DNA of 64,000 nt, from contig JAFGQU010000015.1 in the NCBI GenBank assembly GCA_016935525.1, forward strand, positions 4,162 to 68,161, given 5' to 3'. A program made the position numbers and the translations under genes. This document shows positions 46,253 to 56,004 of this stretch, piece by piece. The stretch's first letter is position 1. Each line of letters starts with the position of its first letter. The notes below the pieces were generated by a model. It saw only the letters and a list, made by a program, of their open reading frames with translations, ran no database searches and was not told the origin of the DNA. The stretch is from Candidatus Omnitrophota bacterium (GTDB lineage: Bacteria > Omnitrophota > Gorgyraeia > Duberdicusellales > 4484-171).

Positions 46253-47041
46253 TTAAAAATCGCCTCTGGTCTTCATCCACCGGTATTTCGCATAACTCAC
46301 GATCTGGTAGAGTGAAGAGAAATACGCGACCATAAATCCGATAAATCCGTCCCGATACCCTTTTTTAGCAATAAACGCCCGAAAAAAACGGTCAGCTGTC
46401 CGCCAGAGGGCATGGAGCGTATTCATTTTATACGCGGCTTTCCTGGGATCGGACCGGGAGACTTTAATCCATTTTTTTGCTTCTAACGTAGTCTGAGTAT
46501 TCAGTTTTCTTAAAAAATCCGTCCAGTCACGATAGGTATAATGAATAAGATCTCCGGTTAAATGGCCGCAGGTGCCTTCAAGAAAAGCTCGCGGATGCAC
46601 TTCGACTTCTTCCCACTTGAATTTCTGTTTTCGGAATAGTTTTATCTGCGGGGCCGGATACATCCCGCCCCATCGTATCCAGTAATCAGCGAGATGATTC
46701 TTCCGGGGGACCGTGTAGGCGGCATGTTCGGGTGTCCCTTTGAGAAGAAGAGAGATCTCCTCTTTTAACTGAGCGGTAAGACGTTCATCGGCGTCTAAAC
46801 TGAACACCCAATCGTTTTTTGCCTGTTGATACGCCCAGTTACGGTGACGGCCTTCGATCTCCATTTTACGGGAACACACGTGTGCGCCCAGATTTTTGGC
46901 CTGGGTTATCGTATCGTCGGATGATTCATCATCAACGACGATGATCTCATCGGCCCAAGCCGCGGCCGAACGGATACAATCGGCTATCCGTCCGGATTCG
47001 TTCTTAGTGATGATGACAACGCTCACAGGAGTAAATTCCAT
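46253..47041 (-). CDS. Family 2 glycosyltransferase (LPS core / WaaE-KdtX-like)
   Basis: 262 aa. N-terminal GT-A fold VSVVIITKNESGRIADCIRSA...VVDDESSDDT with the D-A-D motif (SLDADERL). Confidence 0.75.
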   Translation of the reverse strand: MEFTPVSVVIITKNESGRIADCIRSAAAWADEIIVVDDESSDDTITQAKNLGAHVCSRKMEIEGRHRNWAYQQAKNDWVFSLDADERLTAQLKEEISLLLKGTPEHAAYTVPRKNHLADYWIRWGGMYPAPQIKLFRKQKFKWEEVEVHPRAFLEGTCGHLTGDLIHYTYRDWTDFLRKLNTQTTLEAKKWIKVSRSDPRKAAYKMNTLHALWRTADRFFRAFIAKKGYRDGFIGFMVAYFSSLYQIVSYAKYRWMKTRGDF

Positions 47042-47045
47042 TTGT

Positions 47046-48599
47046 CTATTTTACTATCTCCAGTTCAAAATAAAGGCCGTCGGCGGGACAACGATGACAA
47101 TAATATTTTTCATACCGGCGAACCGAAAAAAACGACCAGAACCGGCCCCGGCAATATTTTTTCTTAAACCGTAATTCTTTCTTCAACATCTTAAATTTAC
47201 AATCGCTATACCGGGGATATTCGATATCACCGGTAAAATAGTCAAACGTCCCCGAAGTAAAATGCCATTTATGAGTCGGGTCCCGGTAAGAATTAGGATG
47301 GGAGAAATGGCAGGTATCGATAAGGATCACCGCGCCGTTTTTGCCGATACGGTGCAGTTCTTCCATGGTCTTCAAGACGTTATCGACATGTTCCATCACA
47401 TTATTGCAATTAAGGATATCAAACGAATTATCATTCAAGGGCCAGGGGTAACTGTTCAGGTCGCAGACGATATCCACTCCCGGCTGAGCCTGCATATCTA
47501 TGCCTAACGCTCCGGGCAGTTTTGCTCCGCCGCATCCGACATCAAGGATCTTTACCTCACAAGGGGCCGGGCGGATCCATTCGACTTTACCGCGATGTAC
47601 AAACGAGAACGTTCTCAAAAACCGGCAGAGTTTTTCGTCATCGACGTAGATTTCGTCATACCGTTTCTTTTTCTTTACAATACCCCAGAGGCACCTCACT
47701 CCAAAAGCCCAGCCAAAAAGAGAACATACCTTAATATTAGTATGTTCGCCAAACCCGGGGTCGCCTACCGAATATTTTTTAAACACGTGGACCCAGCCCC
47801 GGTCGTTGGCCCGGCGGCGGACCGTATCGCGTAACGAATAAAAGAACCGGCGGTCATGGCGCGAAAATATATAGAGTAGCCGCGGCGATTTCCCGAAGAT
47901 CTCCCGGAATTTCTTTTGATTGGCTTCAAATAACTTTTCATAATCAAAGATCAGTTTAAATGAAGATTTTTCATAGTGGTATACGTAAGCCCCTTTCGCC
48001 ATGACGATCCGATAACCGTTTTGGCGGGCACGGATACAATGTTCGGTTTCTTCAAAATAGCCTAATCCATATTGTTCGTTCCAGAGGCCGATTTTGTCCA
48101 ATAATCGCCGTTTCATAAGATAACAGAACCCCACCGCCGTTGCCATCTCAATATACTCACCGTGAAACTTCTTCCGACGTGAGGCGGCATATTCATCTAA
48201 CGGTATTCCTTTTGGCGGATGTTGGCCGAGATTATTACTGGCCGGATTGACTATTCCGATATCGACGGCGCTCTCGGCAACCGCGATCATCTCAGTCAAC
48301 CAGCCTGCGGTCACCAACGTATCATTATTTAATAATACTACATATTCGGCAGAACTCGCCTGCATCCCCCGGTTAAACGATTTGGTCGCTCCCAGGTTGG
48401 TCTCGTTACGGATAAGCAGATATTCGCCGATACGTTTGTCTTCACGTAGGCTTTCCAGATACTGCCGCGCAGGTTCCTGACTTGCATCATCCACAAGGAT
48501 CAACCGGTAGGGCGCTTCAGTATTTTTAATAATACTTTCGATACATTGCTGGGTGATCTCTTTTAAATTCCAGACGGCAATCACGATATCGCATTTCAT
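47046..48599 (-). CDS. Fusion protein: N-terminal family 2 glycosyltransferase plus C-terminal class I SAM-dependent methyltransferase
   Basis: 517 aa. The N-terminus IVIAVWNLKEITQQCIESIIKNT...LVDDASQEP...VVLLNNDT is a GT2 GT-A fold. The C-terminal roughly 170 aa, ILDVGCGGAKLPGALGIDMQ...DILNCNNVMEHVDNVLKTMEELHRIGKNGAVILIDT, carry methyltransferase motifs I, post-I, II and III. Confidence 0.7.
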   Translation of the reverse strand: MKCDIVIAVWNLKEITQQCIESIIKNTEAPYRLILVDDASQEPARQYLESLREDKRIGEYLLIRNETNLGATKSFNRGMQASSAEYVVLLNNDTLVTAGWLTEMIAVAESAVDIGIVNPASNNLGQHPPKGIPLDEYAASRRKKFHGEYIEMATAVGFCYLMKRRLLDKIGLWNEQYGLGYFEETEHCIRARQNGYRIVMAKGAYVYHYEKSSFKLIFDYEKLFEANQKKFREIFGKSPRLLYIFSRHDRRFFYSLRDTVRRRANDRGWVHVFKKYSVGDPGFGEHTNIKVCSLFGWAFGVRCLWGIVKKKKRYDEIYVDDEKLCRFLRTFSFVHRGKVEWIRPAPCEVKILDVGCGGAKLPGALGIDMQAQPGVDIVCDLNSYPWPLNDNSFDILNCNNVMEHVDNVLKTMEELHRIGKNGAVILIDTCHFSHPNSYRDPTHKWHFTSGTFDYFTGDIEYPRYSDCKFKMLKKELRFKKKYCRGRFWSFFSVRRYEKYYCHRCPADGLYFELEIVK

Positions 48600-48614
48600 A
48601 ATCCTATTCCTTCT

Positions 48615-49598
48615 TTACCTGATATTTTTTGAATCAGCCGCTTTTAGTTTTTCCCACCACCACCGGTTCTGGCGGTACCATTCGATAGTATAGGCTAAAT
48701 CCTGGGCAAAACTGTTCTTAGGGCTCCAGCCCAGACCTCTTATTTTTGAAAAATCCAGGCTGTAGCGCAGGTCATGGCCGGGCCGGTCGGCGACAAATTC
48801 GATATATTCTTCGGATGTACCGAGAGATTCCAGCAACGACCGGGAAAGCTCTAGATTAGTCATTTCATTACCGGCGCCGATATTGTAGATCTCGCCGGCA
48901 TTACCCCGATGCAATACTAGGTCGATCGCCCGGCAATTATCCTGGACATAAAGCCAATCCCGGATATTTTTTCCGGTCCCGTAGAGAGGGATTTTTTTAT
49001 CTTCAAGGATATTGGTAATAAATAATGGAATGATCTTTTCGGGATATTGGAACGGACCGAAATTATTGGCACTGCGGACAATGACGATTTCCAGTGCATG
49101 AGTTACAAAATAGGAACGGCACAACAGATCGGCCGCGGCCTTACTTGCCGCATACGGGCTGTTCGGCGCTAACACGCTTGATTCACTGGATTTTCCGGTT
49201 TCAACACTGCCGTAGACTTCATCGGTAGAGATCTGAAGGAACCGCCGTATCCCGACGCGATGCGCACTTTCCAATAATACCGATGTCCCATAGACGTTGG
49301 TCTGTACAAATTCTAAACCGCCGGCAATCGACCGGTCAACATGAGTGTGTGCGGCAAAATTGACGATACAATCGATATCCTGAGAAAGGAGTCCATCGAC
49401 CAGTTCCGGATCACCGATGTCACCCTGGACAAAACGATACCGTCTCTCTCCTGCGATATCTTTGAGATTGTCGGGATTGCCGCAATAGGTGAGTTTATCA
49501 AGATTCACGACCTGGTAGTCGGGATACCGGTTGAGAAGATACCGGATAAAATGAGAACCGATAAATCCGCACCCGCCGGTCACTAAAATATTTTTCAT
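48615..49598 (-). CDS. rfbB: dTDP-glucose 4,6-dehydratase
   Basis: 327 aa extended SDR. MKNILVTGGCGFIGSHFIRYLL..., the YxxxK motif (YAASKAAAD), and strong similarity to RmlB, including C-terminal WYRQNRWWWEK. Confidence 0.9.
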   Translation of the reverse strand: MKNILVTGGCGFIGSHFIRYLLNRYPDYQVVNLDKLTYCGNPDNLKDIAGERRYRFVQGDIGDPELVDGLLSQDIDCIVNFAAHTHVDRSIAGGLEFVQTNVYGTSVLLESAHRVGIRRFLQISTDEVYGSVETGKSSESSVLAPNSPYAASKAAADLLCRSYFVTHALEIVIVRSANNFGPFQYPEKIIPLFITNILEDKKIPLYGTGKNIRDWLYVQDNCRAIDLVLHRGNAGEIYNIGAGNEMTNLELSRSLLESLGTSEEYIEFVADRPGHDLRYSLDFSKIRGLGWSPKNSFAQDLAYTIEWYRQNRWWWEKLKAADSKNIR

Positions 49599-50479
49599 GA
49601 CGATCTCTCTTCTTCCACTATCCGCAACAGATATTCACCATAACTGGTGTGTATCTGCCGGGCGATTTTTTCCAATGCATCCCGGGTGAGATATCCCATC
49701 CGGTAGGCGATCTCTTCGATACACCCGATCTTCAATCCCTGACGGTCTTCGATGGTTTTTATAAACATCGAAGCATCGATCAAAGAGTCGCAGGTACCGG
49801 TATCAAGCCAGGCGTATCCCCGGCCCAACCGGGTAAGCTGTAATTTCCCTCGAGCGAGATAGGCGTTATTCACATCGGTGATCTCTAACTCCCCGCGGGC
49901 TGAAGGGACAAGGGTCTCGGCTATTTTGATCACCTCGTTATCATAAAAATACAAACCGGTCACTGCCCAATTAGAACGGGGATGCGCGGGTTTCTCTTGA
50001 AGCGCGGTCACATTTTCCTTTTCGTCAAATTCGATGATCGCATAACGCCGGGGATCCCGGACATAATAGCCGAAGATAGTCGCTCCTTCTTCCTGGTTCA
50101 CGGCATCCTGCAATAAATCGGGAAGTCCATGGCCAAAAAAGATATTGTCTCCCAGGATCAAACACACCTTATCTTTTCCGATAAATCCCTTTCCGATAAG
50201 AAACGATTCGGCGATCCCCCGCGGTTGGTCCTGCGCCGCGTAAGAAATATTGACCCCTAACTCTTCTCCTTTACCGAAAAGGTCCTGGAAATTGATCAAA
50301 GCGTTTTGGGTCGTAATGATCAGGATATCCTTTATGCCGGCAAGCATCAGTACCGAGAGCGCGTAATATACCATCGGTTTATCGTATATCGGAATCAATT
50401 GTTTACAGATACCCCGGGTAGTCGGATACAGTCTCGTCCCCTTTCCGCCGGCAAGAATAATTCCTTTCATTGGACACAC
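49595..50479 (-). CDS. rfbA: Glucose-1-phosphate thymidylyltransferase
   Basis: 294 aa. MKGIILAGGKGTRLYPTTRGICKQLIPIYDKPMVYYALSVLMLAGI is a near-canonical RmlA N-terminus. Confidence 0.9.
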   Translation of the reverse strand: MCPMKGIILAGGKGTRLYPTTRGICKQLIPIYDKPMVYYALSVLMLAGIKDILIITTQNALINFQDLFGKGEELGVNISYAAQDQPRGIAESFLIGKGFIGKDKVCLILGDNIFFGHGLPDLLQDAVNQEEGATIFGYYVRDPRRYAIIEFDEKENVTALQEKPAHPRSNWAVTGLYFYDNEVIKIAETLVPSARGELEITDVNNAYLARGKLQLTRLGRGYAWLDTGTCDSLIDASMFIKTIEDRQGLKIGCIEEIAYRMGYLTRDALEKIARQIHTSYGEYLLRIVEEERSS

Positions 50480-50520
50480 TCCGTTTTATGTATATGTAAC
50501 CACCGCTTCATCTTCTCACT

Positions 50521-51564
50521 CTATTGAAACAGCTGTCTTTCCTGTTTTACCCACTCAAGAAGTCTCTTTAAACCTTCCGGCACCGATGTGTCTGGATGCC
50601 AGTTCAAGTCTTTTTTGATCCTGGTAATATCGGATATATACACCTTTTGGTCACTGGGCCGCCACGATTTAAACCTGACTTTTATTTTGTACTGGAATTC
50701 CTTCTCCAGCAACCCTAAAAATTCTTGTAAAGAAAGAGTGTTATGGGGGCCGCCGCCGATATTATATACCGCGTGGGCTTTCTTGCTTTTCACAAACCGG
50801 TCATAGGCCGTGATGAGATCTTCGACAAATAGCAGATCTCGCACCTGTTTACCATCACCGTACACGGTAATCGTCCGCCGCTTAAGCGCCGCGATCATAA
50901 ACCAGGCTACCCATCCCTGGTCTTCAAACCCGAATTGCCGGGGGCCGTAGATACAACTCATCCGAAACACCGCGGTACGCATACGGTAAAGATCGGCAAA
51001 TTCCTGAGTATAGAAATCACCGGTACATTTGCTCACGCCGTAAGGCGTATGGCCGCACTCATCCAGAGCCATTGTCTCAGACACCCCTTTGGCGCGAGTC
51101 CAGACATACCGCGTCTTCAATTCACGTACCGCAAACCTATCCACGTTTTGGCCGTAGACTTTGTTCGTAGAACAATAGATAAACACCGCGTGCGAAGATC
51201 TCTTCTGCACGCATTCAAGGACATTAAGAGTCCCCCACGCGTTAATACTCAAATCTTCTTTCATGTTTTTCAATGAAGAAGGCACTCCCGGCTGGCCGGC
51301 GGCATGGATAACGATATCGACGCCTGAACCTAACGAGCGATTCACATCACGGGGGTCACGGACATCGCCTTTGACGCGGATGATGTTACGATATTTTTTC
51401 AGATAATTCCAGTTATATTCGACCGATTTCCTGTTATACCCAAAGAGTTTCGACCGCATCAGGTTATCCAGAACGGTTACCCGACACCCTTTTTTTGCAT
51501 AATATTCGGCAACATGGCTGCCGACTAACCCGGCCCCGCCGGTTACCAACACTTTTTGCGTCAT
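50521..51564 (-). CDS. NAD-dependent nucleotide-sugar epimerase (CDP-paratose 2-epimerase-like extended SDR)
   Basis: 347 aa. VLVTGGAGLVGSHVAEYY Rossmann motif and YxxxK (YGVSKCTGD). Overall resemblance to RfbE/CDP-tyvelose epimerase-type enzymes; the exact substrate is unknown. Confidence 0.65.
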   Translation of the reverse strand: MTQKVLVTGGAGLVGSHVAEYYAKKGCRVTVLDNLMRSKLFGYNRKSVEYNWNYLKKYRNIIRVKGDVRDPRDVNRSLGSGVDIVIHAAGQPGVPSSLKNMKEDLSINAWGTLNVLECVQKRSSHAVFIYCSTNKVYGQNVDRFAVRELKTRYVWTRAKGVSETMALDECGHTPYGVSKCTGDFYTQEFADLYRMRTAVFRMSCIYGPRQFGFEDQGWVAWFMIAALKRRTITVYGDGKQVRDLLFVEDLITAYDRFVKSKKAHAVYNIGGGPHNTLSLQEFLGLLEKEFQYKIKVRFKSWRPSDQKVYISDITRIKKDLNWHPDTSVPEGLKRLLEWVKQERQLFQ

Positions 51565-52706
51565 ATTTTTTTATTCTTTCCTCTAAAAAATCTCTCTATT
51601 GATGAGACGACATACTCGACCTGATGAGCGTCCATAAACGGATGAAGCGGAAGAGAAAGGACTTTTTCTACCGCACCGTGAGCATTCTTCAACGAGCCGG
51701 CTATCCGGGCGTTATGAAACGCCGGCATCTGAGAAAGCAGGGCCGGATAATATTGCCGGGCGCAGATCCCTTTCCGGTTTAAATAAGCCGACAATTCATC
51801 GCGCCAGCGCGACACTTTTATGGTATAAAGATGGTAGGCAGGCAACATCTCCGGCGTTACGTGCGGAGGCGACACCTGAGGTATCTTTTTCAGCCGGACA
51901 GTATATTTTCTGGCAATCTTATTGCGCATCCGGTTAAACCGGTCGATATGTTTTAATTTCGCCAGAAGGACCGCCGCCTGGATAGCATCAAGACGCGAGT
52001 TATATCCGATACAGGTAGCGTGGTATTGTGTAGTCTGTCCGTGATTCCTTAATATCTTTATCTCTTTTGCCAACGAAGAATCGTCGGTCGCGATAAGCCC
52101 GGCATCGCCGTATCCTCCGAGATTTTTTGACGGAAAAAAACTGAACGCTCCGGCATCGCTTAACGCTCCCAATTTCTTACCGTAATATTCCCCCCCGAAA
52201 CTCTGAGCGGCATCTTCCACCATGAACAGGCCGTGTTTTCTTGCCAGAGCCGATAACGGTTTCATCTGGCAACCCAACCCGTAAAGGTGGACCGGAATGA
52301 TCCCTACGGTACGTTTGGTGAGAGCTTTCTTTACCTGATCGGGATCAAGATTATAGGTATCCGGGTCAATATCGACAAATACCGGCCGCGCCCCGGAATA
52401 AACGATGCTTTCTGCGGTCGCGATAAACGTAAACGGAGTGGTAATGATCTCATCGGCAGGACGAAACCATTGTTCTTTTTTTCTCTGCAACGCCAACGCC
52501 CGTAAAGATAAAATAAGGGCATCGGTCCCGGAGGCAACCCCTATCGCATGAGTTACCCCCAGATAACGGGCTACTTTTTCTTCAAACCGTTTGACCGGAT
52601 CGGAAAGGATCCAGTTCTGGGTCCGGAAACAATATTGGAACTGTTTCTGTAGATCTTTCTTAATGATGCGATATTCGCTTTTCAGGTCAAGCAAAGGGAT
52701 CTTCAC
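51561..52706 (-). CDS. DegT/DnrJ/EryC1/StrS-family PLP-dependent sugar aminotransferase
   Basis: 381 aa. A fold-type I aminotransferase with motifs characteristic of nucleotide-sugar aminotransferases (GVASGTDALILSL..., SFFPSKNLGGYGDAG). Confidence 0.85.
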   Translation of the reverse strand: MKIPLLDLKSEYRIIKKDLQKQFQYCFRTQNWILSDPVKRFEEKVARYLGVTHAIGVASGTDALILSLRALALQRKKEQWFRPADEIITTPFTFIATAESIVYSGARPVFVDIDPDTYNLDPDQVKKALTKRTVGIIPVHLYGLGCQMKPLSALARKHGLFMVEDAAQSFGGEYYGKKLGALSDAGAFSFFPSKNLGGYGDAGLIATDDSSLAKEIKILRNHGQTTQYHATCIGYNSRLDAIQAAVLLAKLKHIDRFNRMRNKIARKYTVRLKKIPQVSPPHVTPEMLPAYHLYTIKVSRWRDELSAYLNRKGICARQYYPALLSQMPAFHNARIAGSLKNAHGAVEKVLSLPLHPFMDAHQVEYVVSSIERFFRGKNKKI

Positions 52707-53656
52707 GAATGGGCATCCCTCTCTTGGTTTAATTTCCGATTAAAATACTCTATAGTCCTGGTGAGCCCTTCCTCTAAAGAAACCTGAGGGGCCCATTTCA
52801 GTAACGTGTTGGCCTTAGTAATATCCGGCCGGCGCCGGTGCGGGTCATCTTCGGGTAAAGGGAAATACTCTACACGGGAATCCGACCGGGCAAGGCGGAT
52901 GATCTCTTTTGCTAAATCGATCACTTTCAATTCATGAGGATTACCGAGGTTCATCGGTAACGCATAATCGGCATTCATCAGTTTCTCGATCCCGTGTATC
53001 AGATCGCTTACGTAACAAAAAGAACGGGTCTGAGCCCCCTGGCCATACACCGATATCGGCTGACCGCGTAACGCCTGGACGATAAAATTAGAAATCACCC
53101 GGCCGTCATCGATCTGCATATGTTCTCCGTAGGTGTTAAATATCCGGGCGACCCGTACGTCGAGTTTCCATTCATATTGATAGGCATAGGTCAACGCTTC
53201 GGCGGAACGTTTAGATTCATCATAACAGGATCGCGGGCCGATCGTATTTACGTTCCCGTTATACTCTTCGGTCTGGGGATGGACAGTAGGGTCGCCATAG
53301 ATTTCCGAGGTAGACGCCAGAAAAAACTTCGCGTGCTTCTCTTTGGCGATGCCCAGACAGGTATAGGTACCCAACAGGCCCGATTTAAGCGTCTTGATCC
53401 TATACGATAAATAATGCCGGGGCGAGGCGATCGAAGCAAAATGCATGACCCACTCCAAAGGCTCTTTGATATACAGCGGCAGGCTGATATCCTGTTCGAT
53501 AAAACTGAACCGGGGATTCCCGGTTAAATCGGCGATATTATCGCGTGAACCGGTAAAAAGGTTGTCGACACAGATCACGCGATACCCTTGACTGATAAAA
53601 TACCGGCATAAATGAGAACCGATAAATCCGGCTCCGCCGGTAATAAGGATGTTCAT
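52703..53656 (-). CDS. UDP-glucuronate decarboxylase (UDP-xylose synthase)-like extended SDR
   Basis: 317 aa. MNILITGGAGFIGSHLCRYF...VICVDNLFTGSRDNI...ASTSEIYGDP...YDESKRSAEAL. The spacing and motifs match UXS/ArnA-decarboxylase-type enzymes. Confidence 0.7.
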   Translation of the reverse strand: MNILITGGAGFIGSHLCRYFISQGYRVICVDNLFTGSRDNIADLTGNPRFSFIEQDISLPLYIKEPLEWVMHFASIASPRHYLSYRIKTLKSGLLGTYTCLGIAKEKHAKFFLASTSEIYGDPTVHPQTEEYNGNVNTIGPRSCYDESKRSAEALTYAYQYEWKLDVRVARIFNTYGEHMQIDDGRVISNFIVQALRGQPISVYGQGAQTRSFCYVSDLIHGIEKLMNADYALPMNLGNPHELKVIDLAKEIIRLARSDSRVEYFPLPEDDPHRRRPDITKANTLLKWAPQVSLEEGLTRTIEYFNRKLNQERDAHS

Positions 53657-54621
53657 GCTATACTTTCTCTGGACTGAGCGCTGAACCAGGCTACGGTTTT
53701 TTCCAGGCCTTTATAAAAATCGATTTGGGGATGAAATCCCAACCGATTTTTTGATTTGGTCAGGTCAGCGCAGGTTTTTCCGACATCACCGACGCGCGGA
53801 GCCTCATAGCGCGCCGGGATCGCCTTCCCCATCATCTTACTCAACGTGAAGAAAAGATGCTGTATCGAATAGGGCGCACCGCCGGCAACGTTAAATACTT
53901 CCCCGGCTATCTCACTTGTAGTCAAAGCCAGGATATTGGCATCGACCACATTATCTATATAGGTAAAATCCCGTTCCTGCTCACCGGTACCGAAAATCGG
54001 CGGGGCTTCATCAGCCAGCAGGCTCACAATGAATTTAGGCACTACTACCGCATATTTGTTTTCCAGAGACTGCCGGGGACCGAATACGTTAAAATAACGT
54101 AACGCAACGACTTCGACCCCATACAACCGGCTATAAATAGCCCCGTAATATTCTCCGAACAATTTGGTCGCGGCATACGGGGACGCCGGACGCGGCGGAT
54201 CATCTTCTCTTTCGGGAAAATCTTTTCGATCGCCGTATACCGAACTGCTGGAAGCGTACCCGATACGTTTCACTTTACCATGACGGGCTTTTTCGAAGAG
54301 CCGGAGCGTTCCGGTCACGTTCACCCGGTGGTAGTCAAACGGCATATCGACCGATTTAGGCACACTGCGCAGTGCCGCCTGATGAGAAACATAATCCACA
54401 TCTTTTAATATCCTATCGAGTATTTTTTCATCGCCGGCATCGCCTTCGATAAAACGGATACGGTCAATACACCCGTCAAGATTCTCTATTTTTCCACTGG
54501 ACAGATCGTCCAGTACCGTCACCTGAGCCTCTTCCCGAAGAAGACGTTCGACCAGATGGGAACCGATAAATCCGGCTCCTCCGGTCACAAGGACATGGGC
54601 ATTTTTAAGCGAATCGGCCAT
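53653..54621 (-). CDS. UDP-sugar 4-epimerase (WbpP/TviC-like UDP-GlcNAc/UDP-GlcNAcA 4-epimerase)
   Basis: 322 aa. VLVTGGAGFIGSHLVERLL; YAATKLFGE (YxxxK); LRYFNVFGPRQ. Resembles WbpP/WbgU/TviC. Confidence 0.7.
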   Translation of the reverse strand: MADSLKNAHVLVTGGAGFIGSHLVERLLREEAQVTVLDDLSSGKIENLDGCIDRIRFIEGDAGDEKILDRILKDVDYVSHQAALRSVPKSVDMPFDYHRVNVTGTLRLFEKARHGKVKRIGYASSSSVYGDRKDFPEREDDPPRPASPYAATKLFGEYYGAIYSRLYGVEVVALRYFNVFGPRQSLENKYAVVVPKFIVSLLADEAPPIFGTGEQERDFTYIDNVVDANILALTTSEIAGEVFNVAGGAPYSIQHLFFTLSKMMGKAIPARYEAPRVGDVGKTCADLTKSKNRLGFHPQIDFYKGLEKTVAWFSAQSRESIA

Positions 54622-54666
54622 TATCGTCTCCTTGCCTTGATCTATTCTCAGAAAACTTTAAAGATT

Positions 54667-56004
54667 TCAACGTCCGATACTGGCATAGGTAAATCCTATC
54701 CGGATCAACTCTTTCTTATCGAACATATTACGGCCGTCGATGATCAAAGGCAGTTTCATGAGTGTTTTGATCTTTTTGAAATCAGCAGAAACAAATTCCT
54801 GCCATTGGGTAAGAAAACAGGCACAGTCGCACCCGCGTACCGCTTCATAAAGGGTCTCGGCATACCGGACCCCCCGTTTAGGCAGAAATTGTTTTGCCTC
54901 ATTCATCGCCTGAGGATCATATACTCTCAACCTGGCGTTACAGGAAACCAGAGAATGAATGATCTCGATCGACGGAGCAAACCGCATATCATCGGTATCC
55001 GGTTTAAACGCAAGCCCTAACACGGCGATCTTTTTATCTTTAAGTACCCAAAGATGTTCACGGATCTTTTCGACAAAATATCTGCGTTGATCGTCATTTA
55101 TTTTTTTTACCTCGTCCAATAACCGGAACTCATATCCGACTTTCTTCGAGATATAAGAAAACGCCTCGACATCTTTGGGGAAACAAAATCCGCCGTATCC
55201 GACACCCGCATCCAGAAACTCCCTGCCGATCCGGGGGTCCAACCCCATCCCTTGGGCGACTTTTTTCACATCCGCACCGGTCAGATCGCATATCCGGGAT
55301 ACCGCGTTGATAAACGATATCTTTGTCGCCAAAAACGAATTAGAAGCATGTTTAATGATCTCGGCGGTATTCATATCCGTAGTGATGATGGGTACTTTAA
55401 GCGGCGCATACAGGTCTTTAAGGATCTTTTCGGCCCGTTCGGTCTCAACGCCGATGACGATGCGTGCCGGATAAAAACAATCATATACCGCTTTGCCTTC
55501 TCTTAAGAATTCGGGATTTGAGGCGACATCAAAAGGGATATCCCCCCGGCGGTAACGCATGATCGTTTCTTTTATCTTTATCCCGGTCTGGACCGGTACC
55601 GTCGATTTTTCTACGATCAGTGTATACTCTTTCATGTTCCGGGCAATCAGCCGGGCGATGTTCTCAACGGCACTTAAATCAGCCGCCCCATCGGCCTGCG
55701 GCGGAGTACCTACCGCGATAAACAATATATTACACAGTCGGATCGACTCGCCAACGTTATGCGAAAAAGACAGTTTCTTTTTGCGTATATTCTTTTTCAC
55801 CAGTTCTTCTAACTCTGGTTCAAAAAAAGGAAGGATCTGTTTTTTGAGGTGTACGATCTTTTTTTTATCGTTATCGACACAGGTGACCGAATGGCCTAAT
55901 TCGGCAAAAGCTGCCGCCGTTACCAGGCCGACATGTCCGGCGCCGATTACCGCGATCTTCTTCTTTTTAGTAGCTTTGTCTGCCGCCATGGTAGGTATGA
56001 TCAA
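54667..56004 (-). CDS. UDP-glucose / UDP-N-acetylglucosamine 6-dehydrogenase (UDP-glucose/GDP-mannose dehydrogenase family)
   Basis: 445 aa. N-terminal NAD-binding IAVIGAGHVGLVTAAAFAELGH, catalytic Cys region (GGFCFPKDV), and the C-terminal UDP-binding domain. The pairing with a WbpP-like epimerase suggests a WbpO/TviB-type enzyme, but Ugd is also possible. Confidence 0.8.
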   Translation of the reverse strand: MIIPTMAADKATKKKKIAVIGAGHVGLVTAAAFAELGHSVTCVDNDKKKIVHLKKQILPFFEPELEELVKKNIRKKKLSFSHNVGESIRLCNILFIAVGTPPQADGAADLSAVENIARLIARNMKEYTLIVEKSTVPVQTGIKIKETIMRYRRGDIPFDVASNPEFLREGKAVYDCFYPARIVIGVETERAEKILKDLYAPLKVPIITTDMNTAEIIKHASNSFLATKISFINAVSRICDLTGADVKKVAQGMGLDPRIGREFLDAGVGYGGFCFPKDVEAFSYISKKVGYEFRLLDEVKKINDDQRRYFVEKIREHLWVLKDKKIAVLGLAFKPDTDDMRFAPSIEIIHSLVSCNARLRVYDPQAMNEAKQFLPKRGVRYAETLYEAVRGCDCACFLTQWQEFVSADFKKIKTLMKLPLIIDGRNMFDKKELIRIGFTYASIGR

